NCBI GenBank assembly: GCA_951406725.2
Contig: OX597834.1
Span: forward strand, 27,094,001 to 27,158,000
From: Octopus vulgaris
Taxonomy: Eukaryota
Length of the DNA: 64,000 nucleotides
Direction of reading: 5' to 3'
In this document: positions 16,442 through 29,422 of the stretch, piece after piece
Position numbering within the stretch: the first letter of the stretch is position 1
How the letters are laid out: every line of letters begins with the position of its first letter
Position numbers and translations under genes: made by a program
The notes under the pieces: generated by a model
The model's input: only the letters and a program-made list of their open reading frames with translations
Told to the model about the DNA's origin: nothing
Database searches by the model: none

Positions 16442-16952
16442 CTATTTCGCAATAGGTCAGACCCGATCAAGCAGACCTGTGATTAAAATACTTCCAACTG
16501 TGACCATCATGACTTTTTAATATAGCTACAACTCCATTCTCCTGCATTAACTTTCGAGCAGTTTAGCTACGAGGAAAGATTAGCTGTTATTTCTAGCAGC
16601 CTAAGGCGATTGCGTAAAACATCCCTCATTGTCACATCCACCACAGTTATTTTTTTATGCTATTGTTGTTATTTATTTAGCCCCTGGTAAACCGTGATTG
16701 AGCGAGAACTTCCAGTCGTGACCATCCTGTGTCCAGGAAACGTAAGTCCCCGGTATCCAACATGCCCTTCATTATCGTTTGAGGGAGATTTGGTTGTTGT
16801 TTCTCGTCGGTCGGGCTACAACATAGCAATGCCTTTTGCTGTTGTTGTTGTTGCTGTTGTTCAGCCACAGGTTAGTACTGATCGAGTAGACATGTGATCA
16901 AAGACACTTCAGCCATGACCATCCCATCTTTGTTCTTATGTAAAAGAAAACG

Positions 16953-17012
<60 letters not shown>

Positions 17013-17077
17013 CATATATATATGTATGTATGTATTTATGTATATGTGCATATATACGTGTATGTGCATGCGTATGC

Positions 17078-17117
<40 letters not shown>

Positions 17118-17131
17118 GTTCCTACACACAA

Positions 17132-17183
<52 letters not shown>

Positions 17184-17358
17184 TGTATATAGATATGACG
17201 TTTATATATACATACATACATGTATATGTGTGTGTATGTTTGGTTGTGTGTGTATATGTATATGTATGCATGTATGTATGTATGTATGTATAGTTCTGGC
17301 GATGTTTGATAAGTGTTAACGCACGAAATTCTCGGGTCTTGGGTTATTCTGTAGCTTC

Positions 17359-17450
<92 letters not shown>

Positions 17451-17515
17451 CCTCGTGTGTACCGTTGGCGATTTTTTCCCTCCGTTTTCCCTTCTCTGGA
17501 TCTTTCCTTCTCCTA

Positions 17516-17552
17516 TGTTTCCGACGAAGAACTCCGCTCGAAACGTTAAACA
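17516..17552 (+). ncRNA. Minimal type I hammerhead motif of Penelope-like pLTR type
   Basis: UGUUU-CCGACGA-AGAACUCCGCUC-GAAA-CG-UU-AAACA. Stem I is UGUUU/AAACA and stem III is palindromic (AACGUU). Confidence 0.6.
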
Positions 17553-17667
17553 CCCCTTCTTCCCTTCTTTCCCGAGCGTCCAATAATACTATATTTGTTC
17601 CACGTCCTCGCGTTGTTGTGTGTTTTTTTTTGTGCTTTCTTGTTTGGATTAACTTTATATATATATG

Positions 17668-17719
<52 letters not shown>

Positions 17720-17722
<3 letters not shown>

Positions 17723-18001
17723 ATAAAACGGTAAGATAACAAAAGAAAGAAAGAGACCTCAATATTATGTAAATAGAGGAAATTTATCTATACAATATGT
17801 TACGTTACTCGGTAGTCAAGATAAAACTCTGAGTTTCAGATGCCGAAGTGGAAATCCACAACACCATCTCATCGGTTATCTGGCTATTTGAAAACGTTTT
17901 CAAATAGCCAGATAACCGATGAGATGGTGTTGTGGATTTCCACTTCGGCATCTGAAACTCAGAGTTTTATCTTGACTACCGAGTAATGTAACATATTGTA
18001 T

Positions 18002-18006
<5 letters not shown>
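17720..18006. mobile_element. Penelope-like non-autonomous fragment with an inverted terminal duplication (222-bp palindrome at 17785-18006)
   Basis: 111-bp arms with no loop (centre AAAAC|GTTTT) and one mismatch. It contains a hammerhead motif and is embedded in (TA)n. Confidence 0.6.
17910..17972 (+). ncRNA. Type I hammerhead motif in the right arm of a palindrome (mirror copy on the minus strand at 17819-17881)
   Basis: AGAUAA-CCGAUGA-GAUG...CAUC-U-GAAA-C-UCAGA-GUU-UUAUCU. There is one extra U before GAAA. Confidence 0.55.
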
Positions 18007-18037
<31 letters not shown>

Positions 18038-18564
18038 GCGTGCGTGCATACACATTCATAAAGCGTATGTTGAATTTTGTAGACAAGAAATATAGTATAA
18101 ATTACTCTAAAACATTATTTTAATATTGGAACAACACATAAGAAATGTGATTTAAAATTATAACCGGTAAAAGTTTCTTCGATATATTTGAACGAACAAA
18201 CCTCAACACCACCGAAACTTGAAGTCCCAATAGAACGAAACACAAATTATAATACAGAATTATATACCTCTAACGGTCTTGCAAAGTCTTGTAAGTGTCT
18301 GATGCGATGCATTTCTGCAATATTCAACAATGGATAAATCCATACTAGTCTTATGGAATTTATTATATGTAATCCTCTATATGTAATGTGGTTAGAAGCG
18401 GAATGCTAGTGAAACAAATGTAACCGGTGTTGTATTTGTGATGTCTCTCTCTTCTTTCTTGTCTCCTCATGTATACCCATACACTCTCATCTCTTATACG
18501 CATATATATATATATACGCACATATATACATATGTAAAGAGAGAGAGAGAGAGAAAGAGATGTA

Positions 18565-18615
<51 letters not shown>

Positions 18616-18746
18616 GTATATATATATAAATGTGTGTGTGTGTGTGTATATCTATATACATATATATATAAATGTGTGTGTGTGTATATACATATATATA
18701 TATATATATATACATATACATACATACACATATATATACATACATA

Positions 18747-18819
<73 letters not shown>

Positions 18820-19055
18820 AAATAGATTGTTGACAGCGTGAGGCTGTTGAAACATCGAGAAAACGTGAAATAATTATTTTTGGGAGCGGTGAAACTCGAA
18901 GCAGATAAAGGTATAAATAACAGCGTGACAGCCCCCTACTAATTCTGTTCAAAGGGTTTTTCATGCCCAATATTAACACGCTATTATTTATAGCTTTATC
19001 TACATCGAATTCAATCGTTAAACGAATTATATGTGTGTGTATGTGTGAGTGTGTG

Positions 19056-19111
<56 letters not shown>

Positions 19112-19499
19112 ACAGTTAAGAACAAGATAAAAAGGATTCAATACATAGTTGTAGACTAAAAATTTGTTCTGTTGTTCTTTAGTTCAGATAAGTTATTCAT
19201 TCCTTAATTCTTAGTACCAAATCTTTAGTGATTCCTTAAAAAAATCCTTAGGGACTAGAAAATTCGTGTTTGTTCCTGTGCGTGTGTGCTTCTTTGTGGG
19301 TGTGGGTCTACACCCAAACACACACACATGCATAAGTATACATATACATATATACATATATATATGTATATGTACGTATGTTTGTATCCATATCAGCATT
19401 TGTGTTTACCGGTGTAAACTTGTGTGTCACTTTCTTCTCCTTTATGTAAAAAACAACAAAATATTTGAAAAAAACCCACCCCTATAACACTAACATAGC

Positions 19500-19885
19500 A
19501 GGCGCAGGTGTGGCTGTCTGGTAAGAAGTTTGCTTCCCAACTACACGGTTTTGGGTTCAGTCCCACTGTGTGGCACCTTCGATAAATTTCTTCTACCATA
19601 GACGTATGACAGCCAAAGCCTTGTGATTGGATTTGGTAGATGGAAACTGAAAGAAGCCCGTCGTATATATTTATGTATATATATATGAGTTTGTGTTTGT
19701 CCCCCACCACCGCCTGATTCCTTAGATGTAGATGTGCTTACATCCCCGTAACCTTGCGTTTCTTTAAAAGGGCCCGACTGAAGAAGTACAGAGCTTTAAA
19801 AAATAAATACTCGGGTCGATTCGTTTGACTAAAATTCTTCAAAGCAGTGCCCCAGCATGGCCGCAGACTAAAAAGAGTTAAAAGA
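19500..19885 (+). mobile_element. SINE family A, older copy
   Basis: Diverged full-length match. Confidence 0.8.
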
Positions 19886-21049
19886 TGAAAAAAAAAGAAC
19901 GATAGTGCTTCGATCAACAGAGATCAATAAGCTATATATCATATTGATATTAGTACTGGAGTCAATACGATCGACTGAATGGAATTTTCTAAAAGCGATG
20001 CCCCAGCGTGGCCGCAGTCTAATGACTGATAGTACTAAAAGAATAGTGTGCCCAGTTACTGAGCTGCTTGAAACAACAGCAAAATGCTCCTGAAACAATA
20101 CGTTCTATTTAGTTGTAGAAGAATGGACACATTGTATAAAAATGTGGTTCCATGGTGGACGTAGCCAGGATAAAAAAAATGGGATGGTCATAGCTGGAAT
20201 ATTTACGATCATTTACAGGTCAACTCCAAAGAGGCTGAGCTGCAACTAAAAACTATAATACATGGGTCTGTGCGACCCAACGTGGAAGTTTCTCTGTGCT
20301 AGAAATAGTAGCTAAACCTCCTTCAAATTGCACACTGTTTATTTAAAATTTTATGAATACTGTTGTACGAGATATGCTTTTGCAGAATGGAAAATCATTA
20401 AGATGGATTCGGTTGGAATGTTTTTGATCATACTTAGTTTTAGAATTATGAAGTTCTTTTTCGAACTATGTGGTTCGGGTTCCAGCCCACTGTGCGGCAC
20501 CATGGCACCGTGACACCTTTAGCGAGCGCCTTATACTATACTATAGTATACTGTAGCCCCAGGATGACCAATGACACACACATTTATACACACACACACA
20601 CATATATAAATATATATATATAATATACATAGATATAAACACATATATACATTTGAGTATATAAAAATGTATGTATGTATGTATATATATATATCGATAT
20701 ATATATATATATACATACATACATACATACATACACACATACATACATACATACATACATACATACATACATACATACATACATACATACATACATACGT
20801 ATATATATAAAATACATATTTATATATATATATATAAAGTATTTTTGTGTGTGTGTGTGCGTGTGTGTTTATGTGTGTGTTTGTGTGCGTTTTATTGTCT
20901 CGCTTCGACGTAGCGATAATAATAATAATCTAGTGTTACAACTCAATATACACATGCACCAGAAAAATAAAAGTGTAAGTCGTGTTCGGAGCAGGATAAA
21001 ATATTACATAAATGATAATGGAACAAGAAACTGTGTACTGAACTTCATT

Positions 21050-21130
21050 AGCTTACAGCCGTTTCTGCTATAAGATGCAGTGCACTCAGAGCTGAATGCT
21101 TATGCATCACCTTATAGCTTCCCCGAAACT
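21050..21130 (-). ncRNA. Degenerate hammerhead motif with long stem II
   Basis: Minus strand AGUU-UCGGGGA-A-GCUAUAAG...CUUAUAGC-A-GAAAC-GGCU-GUA-AGCU. The core is mutated, but the architecture matches 54529-54610. Confidence 0.4.
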
Positions 21131-21181
21131 TCTAAAAAATCTTCTGAATGGATTGCATCTTAATGCGGAATCACATGTAAG

Positions 21182-21580
21182 CTCTTTACTCTTTTTACTT
21201 GCTTCAGTCGTTTGACTGTGGCCATGCTGGAGCATCGACCCCAGGACTTATTCTTTGTAAGTCCAGTACTTATTCTATCGGTAACTTTTGCCGAACCGCT
21301 AAGTTACGGGGACGTAAACACACCAGCATCGGTTGTCAAGCAATGCTAGGGGGACAAACACAGACACACAAACATATATACACACACACACACACACATA
21401 TATATATACATATATACGTCGGGTTTCTTTCAGTTTTCGTCTATCAAACCCACTCACAAGGCTTTAGTCGAGCCAAGGCTATAGTAGAAGTTACTTGCCC
21501 AAGGTACTACACAGTGGGAATGAACCCGGAACCTTGTGGTTCGTAAGCAAGCTACTTACTGCACAGCCACTCCTACGCCT
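21182..21580 (-). mobile_element. SINE family A
   Basis: Family match with a small internal deletion. Confidence 0.85.
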
Positions 21581-21625
21581 AATGAAATTCATTGTATAAT
21601 TTTCCTGTCCGTCGTCATTTATCTA

Positions 21626-21671
<46 letters not shown>

Positions 21672-22161
21672 TATGTGTGTGTGTATGTATCTGCAGATGT
21701 GTGTTGTGTTTGTGTTTATTAACTCAACCGCTTGACAGTCGGTGATGGCTTGATTACGTTCCTATAACTTAGCGGTTCGGCAAAAGAACCGATAGGATAA
21801 GTACCAGAATAAAAAAAAACAAATTCAGTGCGATGCCCCAGTATGGCCGCAGTCCATTGACTGAAATCAAGAGATAAAAACTAAATCTGCCCTAAAATGC
21901 CTGACCTGGTGTTAAACAACAATAACAACAACAACAACAATAGCAATAACAAAACTGGTCATCTTGATACATACAAATAGTTTTTAAAGTCGTGATGGTC
22001 ACTTTGGCAGTTTGAAAAATTCAACTGGTTTTTACCCAGTAGCTTCTGTGGCCGATGTGGTCATCGTCTTTGTCAGCTAACTAGCCATTCCTTACCGCAG
22101 CTTCAGAAACGCAGTGGTCACTTCACTGACCATTCTACAACACCAATCGGTTACTGGTCAT

Positions 22162-22579
22162 AGAAGGCGGCGAGCTGGCAGACACGTTAGCACGCCAGGC
22201 GAAATGCTTAGCGGTATTACGTCTGCGTTACGTTGTGAGTTCAAATTCCGCCGAGGTCGACTTTGCCTTTCATCCTTTCGGGGTCGATAAATTAAGTACC
22301 AGTTACGCACTGGAGTCGATGTAATCGACTTAATACCTATGTCTGTCCTTGTTTGTCCCCTCTGTGTTTAGCCCCTTGTGGGTAATAAAGAAATAGGTAT
22401 TTCGTCTGCCACTACATTCTGAGTTCAAATTCCGCCGAGGTCGACTTTGCCTTTCATCCTTTCGGGGTCGATAAATTAAGTACCAGTTACGCACTGGAGT
22501 CGATGTAATCGACTTAATACCTAAGTCTGTCCTTGTTTGTCCCCTCTGTGTTTAGCCCCTTGTGGGTAATAAAGAAATA
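22162..22579 (+). mobile_element. SINE family B tandem dimer within a single 13-bp TSD
   Basis: TSD GGTTACTGGTCAT at 22149-22161 and 22580-22592. The body is repeated. Confidence 0.88.
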
Positions 22580-22976
22580 GGTTACTGGTCATTTGGGTAT
22601 TTTTTTTTCTCTTTGACCAGAACGGTTAAAATGGTTATCGTTACCTTTTATCGTTTGCTTGTTGCGATCATTCTACGGTGGTCATTCTGGGTCAAAGGAT
22701 TTAGTCCAACACTTATTCTATCGGACCCTTTAGCCGAATTCGTCCAGTTACAGGGATGTAAACAAACCAACACCGGCTGTCTACCAGTGGGAGGTGGGAC
22801 AAATGCATGTACACATACAAGCATATTATTATGTGTGTATGTTTACGATGGGTTTCAACTCATTTTTTGTGCATTAAATTCACTCACAAAGCGATTGGTT
22901 GGCTCGGGGCTATAGAAGAAGACAATCCAACAGCTATGCACGCGATCTTCTGAACCACACAACCATACATACATAC

Positions 22977-23007
<31 letters not shown>

Positions 23008-23025
23008 TGTATGTATGTATGTATG

Positions 23026-23075
<50 letters not shown>

Positions 23076-23195
23076 CTTGTCTTACGATCCCTTTTGATCG
23101 AAAACCTACCCCCCTTTTTTCCTCCCCAAAAAGAAAAGCTTTACCTTGTAATTTGTCCCGTCTGTGTGCACCCCTGTGTGGCTAATAAAGAAACA

Positions 23196-23438
<243 letters not shown>

Positions 23439-23715
23439 TAACACAATTTTTTTAATCTTCGGATTTTTTTAAATATGCTAAGCCACTGGTTTTAATTGAT
23501 TAATATCAATTTCTACCCTTATTATTTAATTTATCTATCTATCATATATATATATGTATGTATATATATATATATATACATATATGTATACATACATATA
23601 TATATATATTGCATTGTTTATACCATTTATTCTTTTGAATAGTATCAGTGGAATTTTCGAAACATGTGTAGAAAGTAAAAATACTTGTTTAAACCTGCGT
23701 TAACTCCATTTTTTA

Positions 23716-23765
<50 letters not shown>

Positions 23766-24361
23766 CGACTGCTTCTCACACAATTTCTGTCTATCAAATT
23801 CATTCACAAGGTCTCGGTCATCTCGAAGCTATAGTAGAAGATATTCGCCCGCCCAAAGTGCCACACAGTGGGTTTGAACCCGAATCAACGTGGTTGCCGC
23901 CACGCAGTGAGATTGAACCCCGAACAAAGTTGCCGATCGCTCTGCCATACCCGCGCCTTCTCGGTTACATTACATTGTATTTTAATACTTTAACGAAGTT
24001 TTAAATCAAGGCAGGAAGAAAAGCGAGGATGCGATTCATGCTAGATAATCTGTTGTTGTTGTTGCTGTTGTTGTTGTTGTTGTTGTTTAGCCCCAGGCCA
24101 GGGTTGACAGAGCAGATCTATGATCAAAGGGGTTCGAGATGTGTCTGTACCCCGTTTTTTTGATTTTGTTTTCGGGTATGTGTAGTATATCTAGGACTAC
24201 ACTGTCCATTGCACCCTTTCTTCCTTGTTCGTATAAACTCAGTTCAGCTGCCACCGGAGTGAGCAGATAATTACACGCGGTCTAGCCATGACCATCCAAT
24301 CATAATATATATGTGTGTGTGTGTGTGTATGTATGAATACATGCATATAAATATAAATGCA

Positions 24362-24405
<44 letters not shown>

Positions 24406-24454
24406 CATACATATATATATATATGTATATATATATGTATATATATATATATAT

Positions 24455-24625
<171 letters not shown>

Positions 24626-24997
24626 TACATACATACACACGCACGCACACATACATACATACCTGATTGTGTGTGTGTGTGTATGTGTGTTTTAGGATGG
24701 TAAAATTGTCAATGTCTATAAAATAAAGTACTTTACGTCATTTCGTTCCCCCATCCCACCCTTTCTTTTTGTGCTTTACGTTCAGGGTTCAAATCCCACC
24801 GGGTTCGTCTTTGTTTTTTTTTTGTTTTTTTTTCTCGTCTTTCCGGAAGCGATAAGATACGCTGTTAATCAGTTAAGTTACTGAACCCTAATATAATCTG
24901 GAATAAGTTACCCCCGGGGCCATGGCTGCAGTCTAATGATTGAAAGAAATAAAAGAATTAAAAACAAAAAATAATGTTTGTGTATCTTTTCTTCTTT

Positions 24998-25310
24998 CAT
25001 CTTCTACTTGTTTCCGTCTTCAGACCACGGCCACGCTGGGGCACCCGTCTTGAAGAACTTTTAGTCGAACGAATGACACCAGCTGAGCTATGGGAACATA
25101 AACAGACCAGCAACGGTCATCTATCGGTGGTGGGTGATAACACACACACACACACACACACACGACGATCTTCTTTCAGTTTCCGTCTACCAAATCCACT
25201 CACAAGGCTTTGGTCGACCCGAGGCTATTGTAGAAGACACCTGCACAAGGTGCCACGCAGTGGAAATGAACCCGGAACCATATGGTTGAGGAGCAAACCC
25301 TCTTACCGTG
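24998..25310 (-). mobile_element. SINE family A, older deleted copy
   Basis: Diverged match. Confidence 0.75.
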
Positions 25311-25574
25311 CAGCTTGGCTGTGTGGTATTTTCTGATTTGTCCTTCATATTTTAATAACGGTAGGGTGTGATTTGAGGGAGATTTCATTGCTATTTCTAG
25401 GAAACATCATAGATACGTACAAATTCAAGGTGTGTTAGTTCGTCCATCCTCTCTCCCCACCTCCCAACGAAGTCACTTTTGCTATAGAATTTCAACCGTG
25501 ACTATCCTGTCTTTACCGGATAATGGTTATTGATTTCAAATTTTGGCCCAAGACCAGCAATTCGATTACATCGA

Positions 25575-25940
25575 TTACATCGACCCCAGTGTTCAACTGG
25601 TGCTTATTTTATCGATTCCGAAAGGATGAAAGACAAAGTCGACCTCGGCGGAATTCGAACTCAGAACGTAAAGGCAGACGAAATACTGCTAAGCATTTCG
25701 TCCGACAAGCTAAAGATTCTGCCAGCTCGCCGCCTTACCGTATTTCAATATTCTTTTCTACTCTAGGCACAAGGTCCGAAATTTTTGGGGAGAAGCGGCC
25801 AGTCGATTAGATCGACCTCACTTCGCAACTGATACTTAATTTATCGACCCCGAAAGAAGGAAAGGCAAAGTCGATCTCGGTGGAATTTGAACTCAGAACG
25901 CAAGGACAGACAAAATACGCTAAGCATTTAGTCCGGCGTG
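25575..25940 (-). mobile_element. SINE family B, two adjacent diverged units
   Basis: Two reverse-complement core matches. Confidence 0.75.
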
Positions 25941-27202
25941 TTAAATCATGAGGAGCCACTAATTTTGATTATAATAAACGGCTTGCGGTATATTCCAATA
26001 TTTTATGTAATCTATTTGGAGATTTGGTGGCTATTTTCAGGTAGAGCAAATATAGGAAACCTTTTTGGTTTATTAGGAATGAGGGCTAATATATTGCAAG
26101 TGCATAAGGACCTGTGGGAGCGCATCTACGTCTACTGTATTTAACGTGTTCTGTTTCCTTTTATTTCTGTAATGGTTTTGGTATGTCATTTGAGAAAGGT
26201 TTAGTAGTTATATCAAGTATAGATCGGGGACTAAATAGACAAATAATGTGAAGTGAACCTTTTTCGTAAAACTAGGGACCTATTGCATGTGGGTAAAAAT
26301 CTATGGAGATACGTCTGCACACACAATATTTCCTTACTTAAATGGTTTTTGTGTGTCATCTTTGGTTAGATTTAGCTGTTATTTCAAGCACACATAAAGT
26401 AAGGGCGATTAGAGGACCTTTTCTCAGAACCAGAGATCAATTACAAGGACATGTGAAGAATTTTAGGGAGTGCTTTTGGGCAGAGAAAAATGATAAATCT
26501 TTTTAATTTACATCAAAGATATATAACTTCTGTGAAATGACTGTTCTTAAATCTTAGTTAATGATTCTTCTGCCCTCTTTCTTTTCATACCAGGTTTTAG
26601 TGAATTGGCCCGCGAGTGGTTTCAAAGTAAAATTTCACCCTAAGATCCAGGGTTACTCAAACCCTGAGTGTAAAAGCTTCATTTAAAATCAACGAGAGTA
26701 TTACGATTAAAATGAATGAGTGAAAACACAAAAGGACACCCAGGGACTGCAACATATCAGTCTATGGGTAGGGAGGAAATAAAATCTGAGGTAAGCCCGT
26801 ATGAAGAGAATGTGTATATTTCAGTTCAGATAGGGCCTTCGAGAAATTCGATTAGTGCAGGTAAAGTTTTCTGTAGAATATGTATGGTTAACGTAACAAC
26901 CTAGAGAAAGTTGTCATTGAAGGTGAAAGTATCGTGAGACGCTACGATGTGGCCACCACTACATATAACATACTAAAGATAAGTTTAAATGAAACATGCG
27001 TTTGTGTAAGAAGTACTAGTAGCTGGACTAATTAAGATCTTTGCTAATTATAGACACAGTAGGTAAGTCTGAACAGAATAGATATAACATCTCATATGAT
27101 ATGATATGATATGATATCATATCATATACATACATACATACATACATACATACATACATACATACATACATACATACATACATACATACATAAATACATA
27201 CA

Positions 27203-27234
<32 letters not shown>

Positions 27235-27341
27235 AATATAAATGTGTGTGAGTGTTTATATATAAATATACGCTTATGTACGCACACACACATAAATATA
27301 TATGTATATGTATTTATATATTTACATATGTATCTAAATCA

Positions 27342-27410
<69 letters not shown>

Positions 27411-27460
27411 CATTCCTCTCTCACTGTTTCCCCTTTTCTGTTTGTCTATCTGTCTGTCTA

Positions 27461-27495
<35 letters not shown>

Positions 27496-27959
27496 TTCTA
27501 CACACACAGATATATAGAGAGAATGAGAGAGATGTGTGTATATCTATGTCTTTATCTATTTCTCCATCTCTCTCTCTTCTTATATATATATATATTTATT
27601 TATATATATGCATACACACACACACACACACATGTATATATATACATACATATACATACTTACACACACACACATACATATATATAGAGCGGGAAAGATG
27701 TGAATGGGGGTGAATATATATCTATTTCTATTTGGCATAGACATATATGTACACATTATCTATCTATCTATCTATCTATCTATATACATAATACATATAT
27801 ATAGATATATACATAGTATGCCCATGCCTTACCTACCTACCTACACACATACATACAGACATACATACCCATACATATATCACATGCATACAAATACATA
27901 CACACACCTGCATACACACATATATACACACTCATGCATGCATACACACACTCACTAAC

Positions 27960-28041
27960 TTACACATACATACATACATACATACTTACATACTTACATT
28001 CATACGTACATACATACATACATACATACATACATACATAC

Positions 28042-28074
<33 letters not shown>

Positions 28075-28119
28075 CATACATACATACATACATTCATACA
28101 TACATACATACATACATAC

Positions 28120-28150
<31 letters not shown>

Positions 28151-28305
28151 CATACATACATACATACATACATACATACATACATTCATACATACATACT
28201 TACATTCATACATACATACACTTACATATACATACATACATACATACATACATACATACATACATACATACATACATACATGCATACATACATACATACA
28301 TACAC
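27960..28305. repeat. (TACA)n tetranucleotide tract, representative of the many (TA)n, (CA)n, (GA)n, (TACA)n and (TCTA)n tracts across the window
   Basis: Direct inspection. Confidence 0.95.
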
Positions 28306-28628
28306 TTATATATACATGTGTGTGTGGCATTAATTATAGAATACGTACAATTCTAAAAGAGAATCGTTTCATGTTTTCATTTTACTAATTAATTTTTTTA
28401 ATTATTTTTTTGCTCATTACCCTCTTTCGAAAACCCAACAGGCCTGTTCTTAACATATAACACATAATGTAATACTAATGTGATGTTAATGTGATGTTAA
28501 TGTGATGTTAATGTGATGATAATGCCATGTTAATGTAATGCGATGGACACGCAAAAATTTAAACACGTACATAGATGAAAAACATCGTAATATAAATCAG
28601 AGTTTTTTAATAAAAAAAAATTACCTAC

Positions 28629-28956
28629 CTGGGACTGCAGCAGTAACATTGTAGGATTTGGGTCCGTATCTGTTGGGTTAAAAGCTATCCGTGATGTGTT
28701 TAAATCAGCAAAAGGCGCAGATGCGATCTGCACTTTCTCAGCGTAACTGTCCAAGCCAGTTGGGGCCGTTGTTGTGAGGCTGCTGGTCGCGAGATCCGAT
28801 CTCGCCCTCGGTTTCTCGATGATAAGACTAACGTTGTTGCTATTGTTGTGTCTCTGTTCGCTTTGCCCAGCGGAAGAATCCTGCTGCGTTAGCCGCTGTT
28901 GTTGTTGTTGTTGTTGTTGATATTGTTGTTGTTGTTGTTGATGAGGATGCTGATGG

Positions 28957-28992
<36 letters not shown>

Positions 28993-29157
28993 AGTTGTAG
29001 TTGTTGTTGATGCTGATGCTGATGCTGATGATGGTGGTGGTGGTGGTGGTGATGATGGCGGTAATGATGTTGATAATGTTGTTGGTGGTGTTCGTGCTGC
29101 TGGTGGTGAGAATTGAGTGAATGAGCGCTAACAGCGGAATTGTGATGCTGCTGCTGA

Positions 29158-29213
<56 letters not shown>

Positions 29214-29386
29214 CTGTTGTTGTTGGTAATGGTGCTGGTATAGTGCTGTTGTTGTTGGTGTTGGTGTTGGTGTTGTTGTTGTTGTCGGTGGTGTTGGCGA
29301 AGCTGGTATTTTATTGTTTAAGCAAACGGAATCACCGAAGCGACCAACATTATTATTATTATTATTATTGTTATTGTTATTATTAA

Positions 29387-29422
<36 letters not shown>

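Noticed and set aside
26560-26645. Plus-strand acceptor (TTTTCATACCAG|G) and short exon
   Set aside because: The most plausible frame closes after about 16 codons, there is no good donor, and no partner exons are visible.
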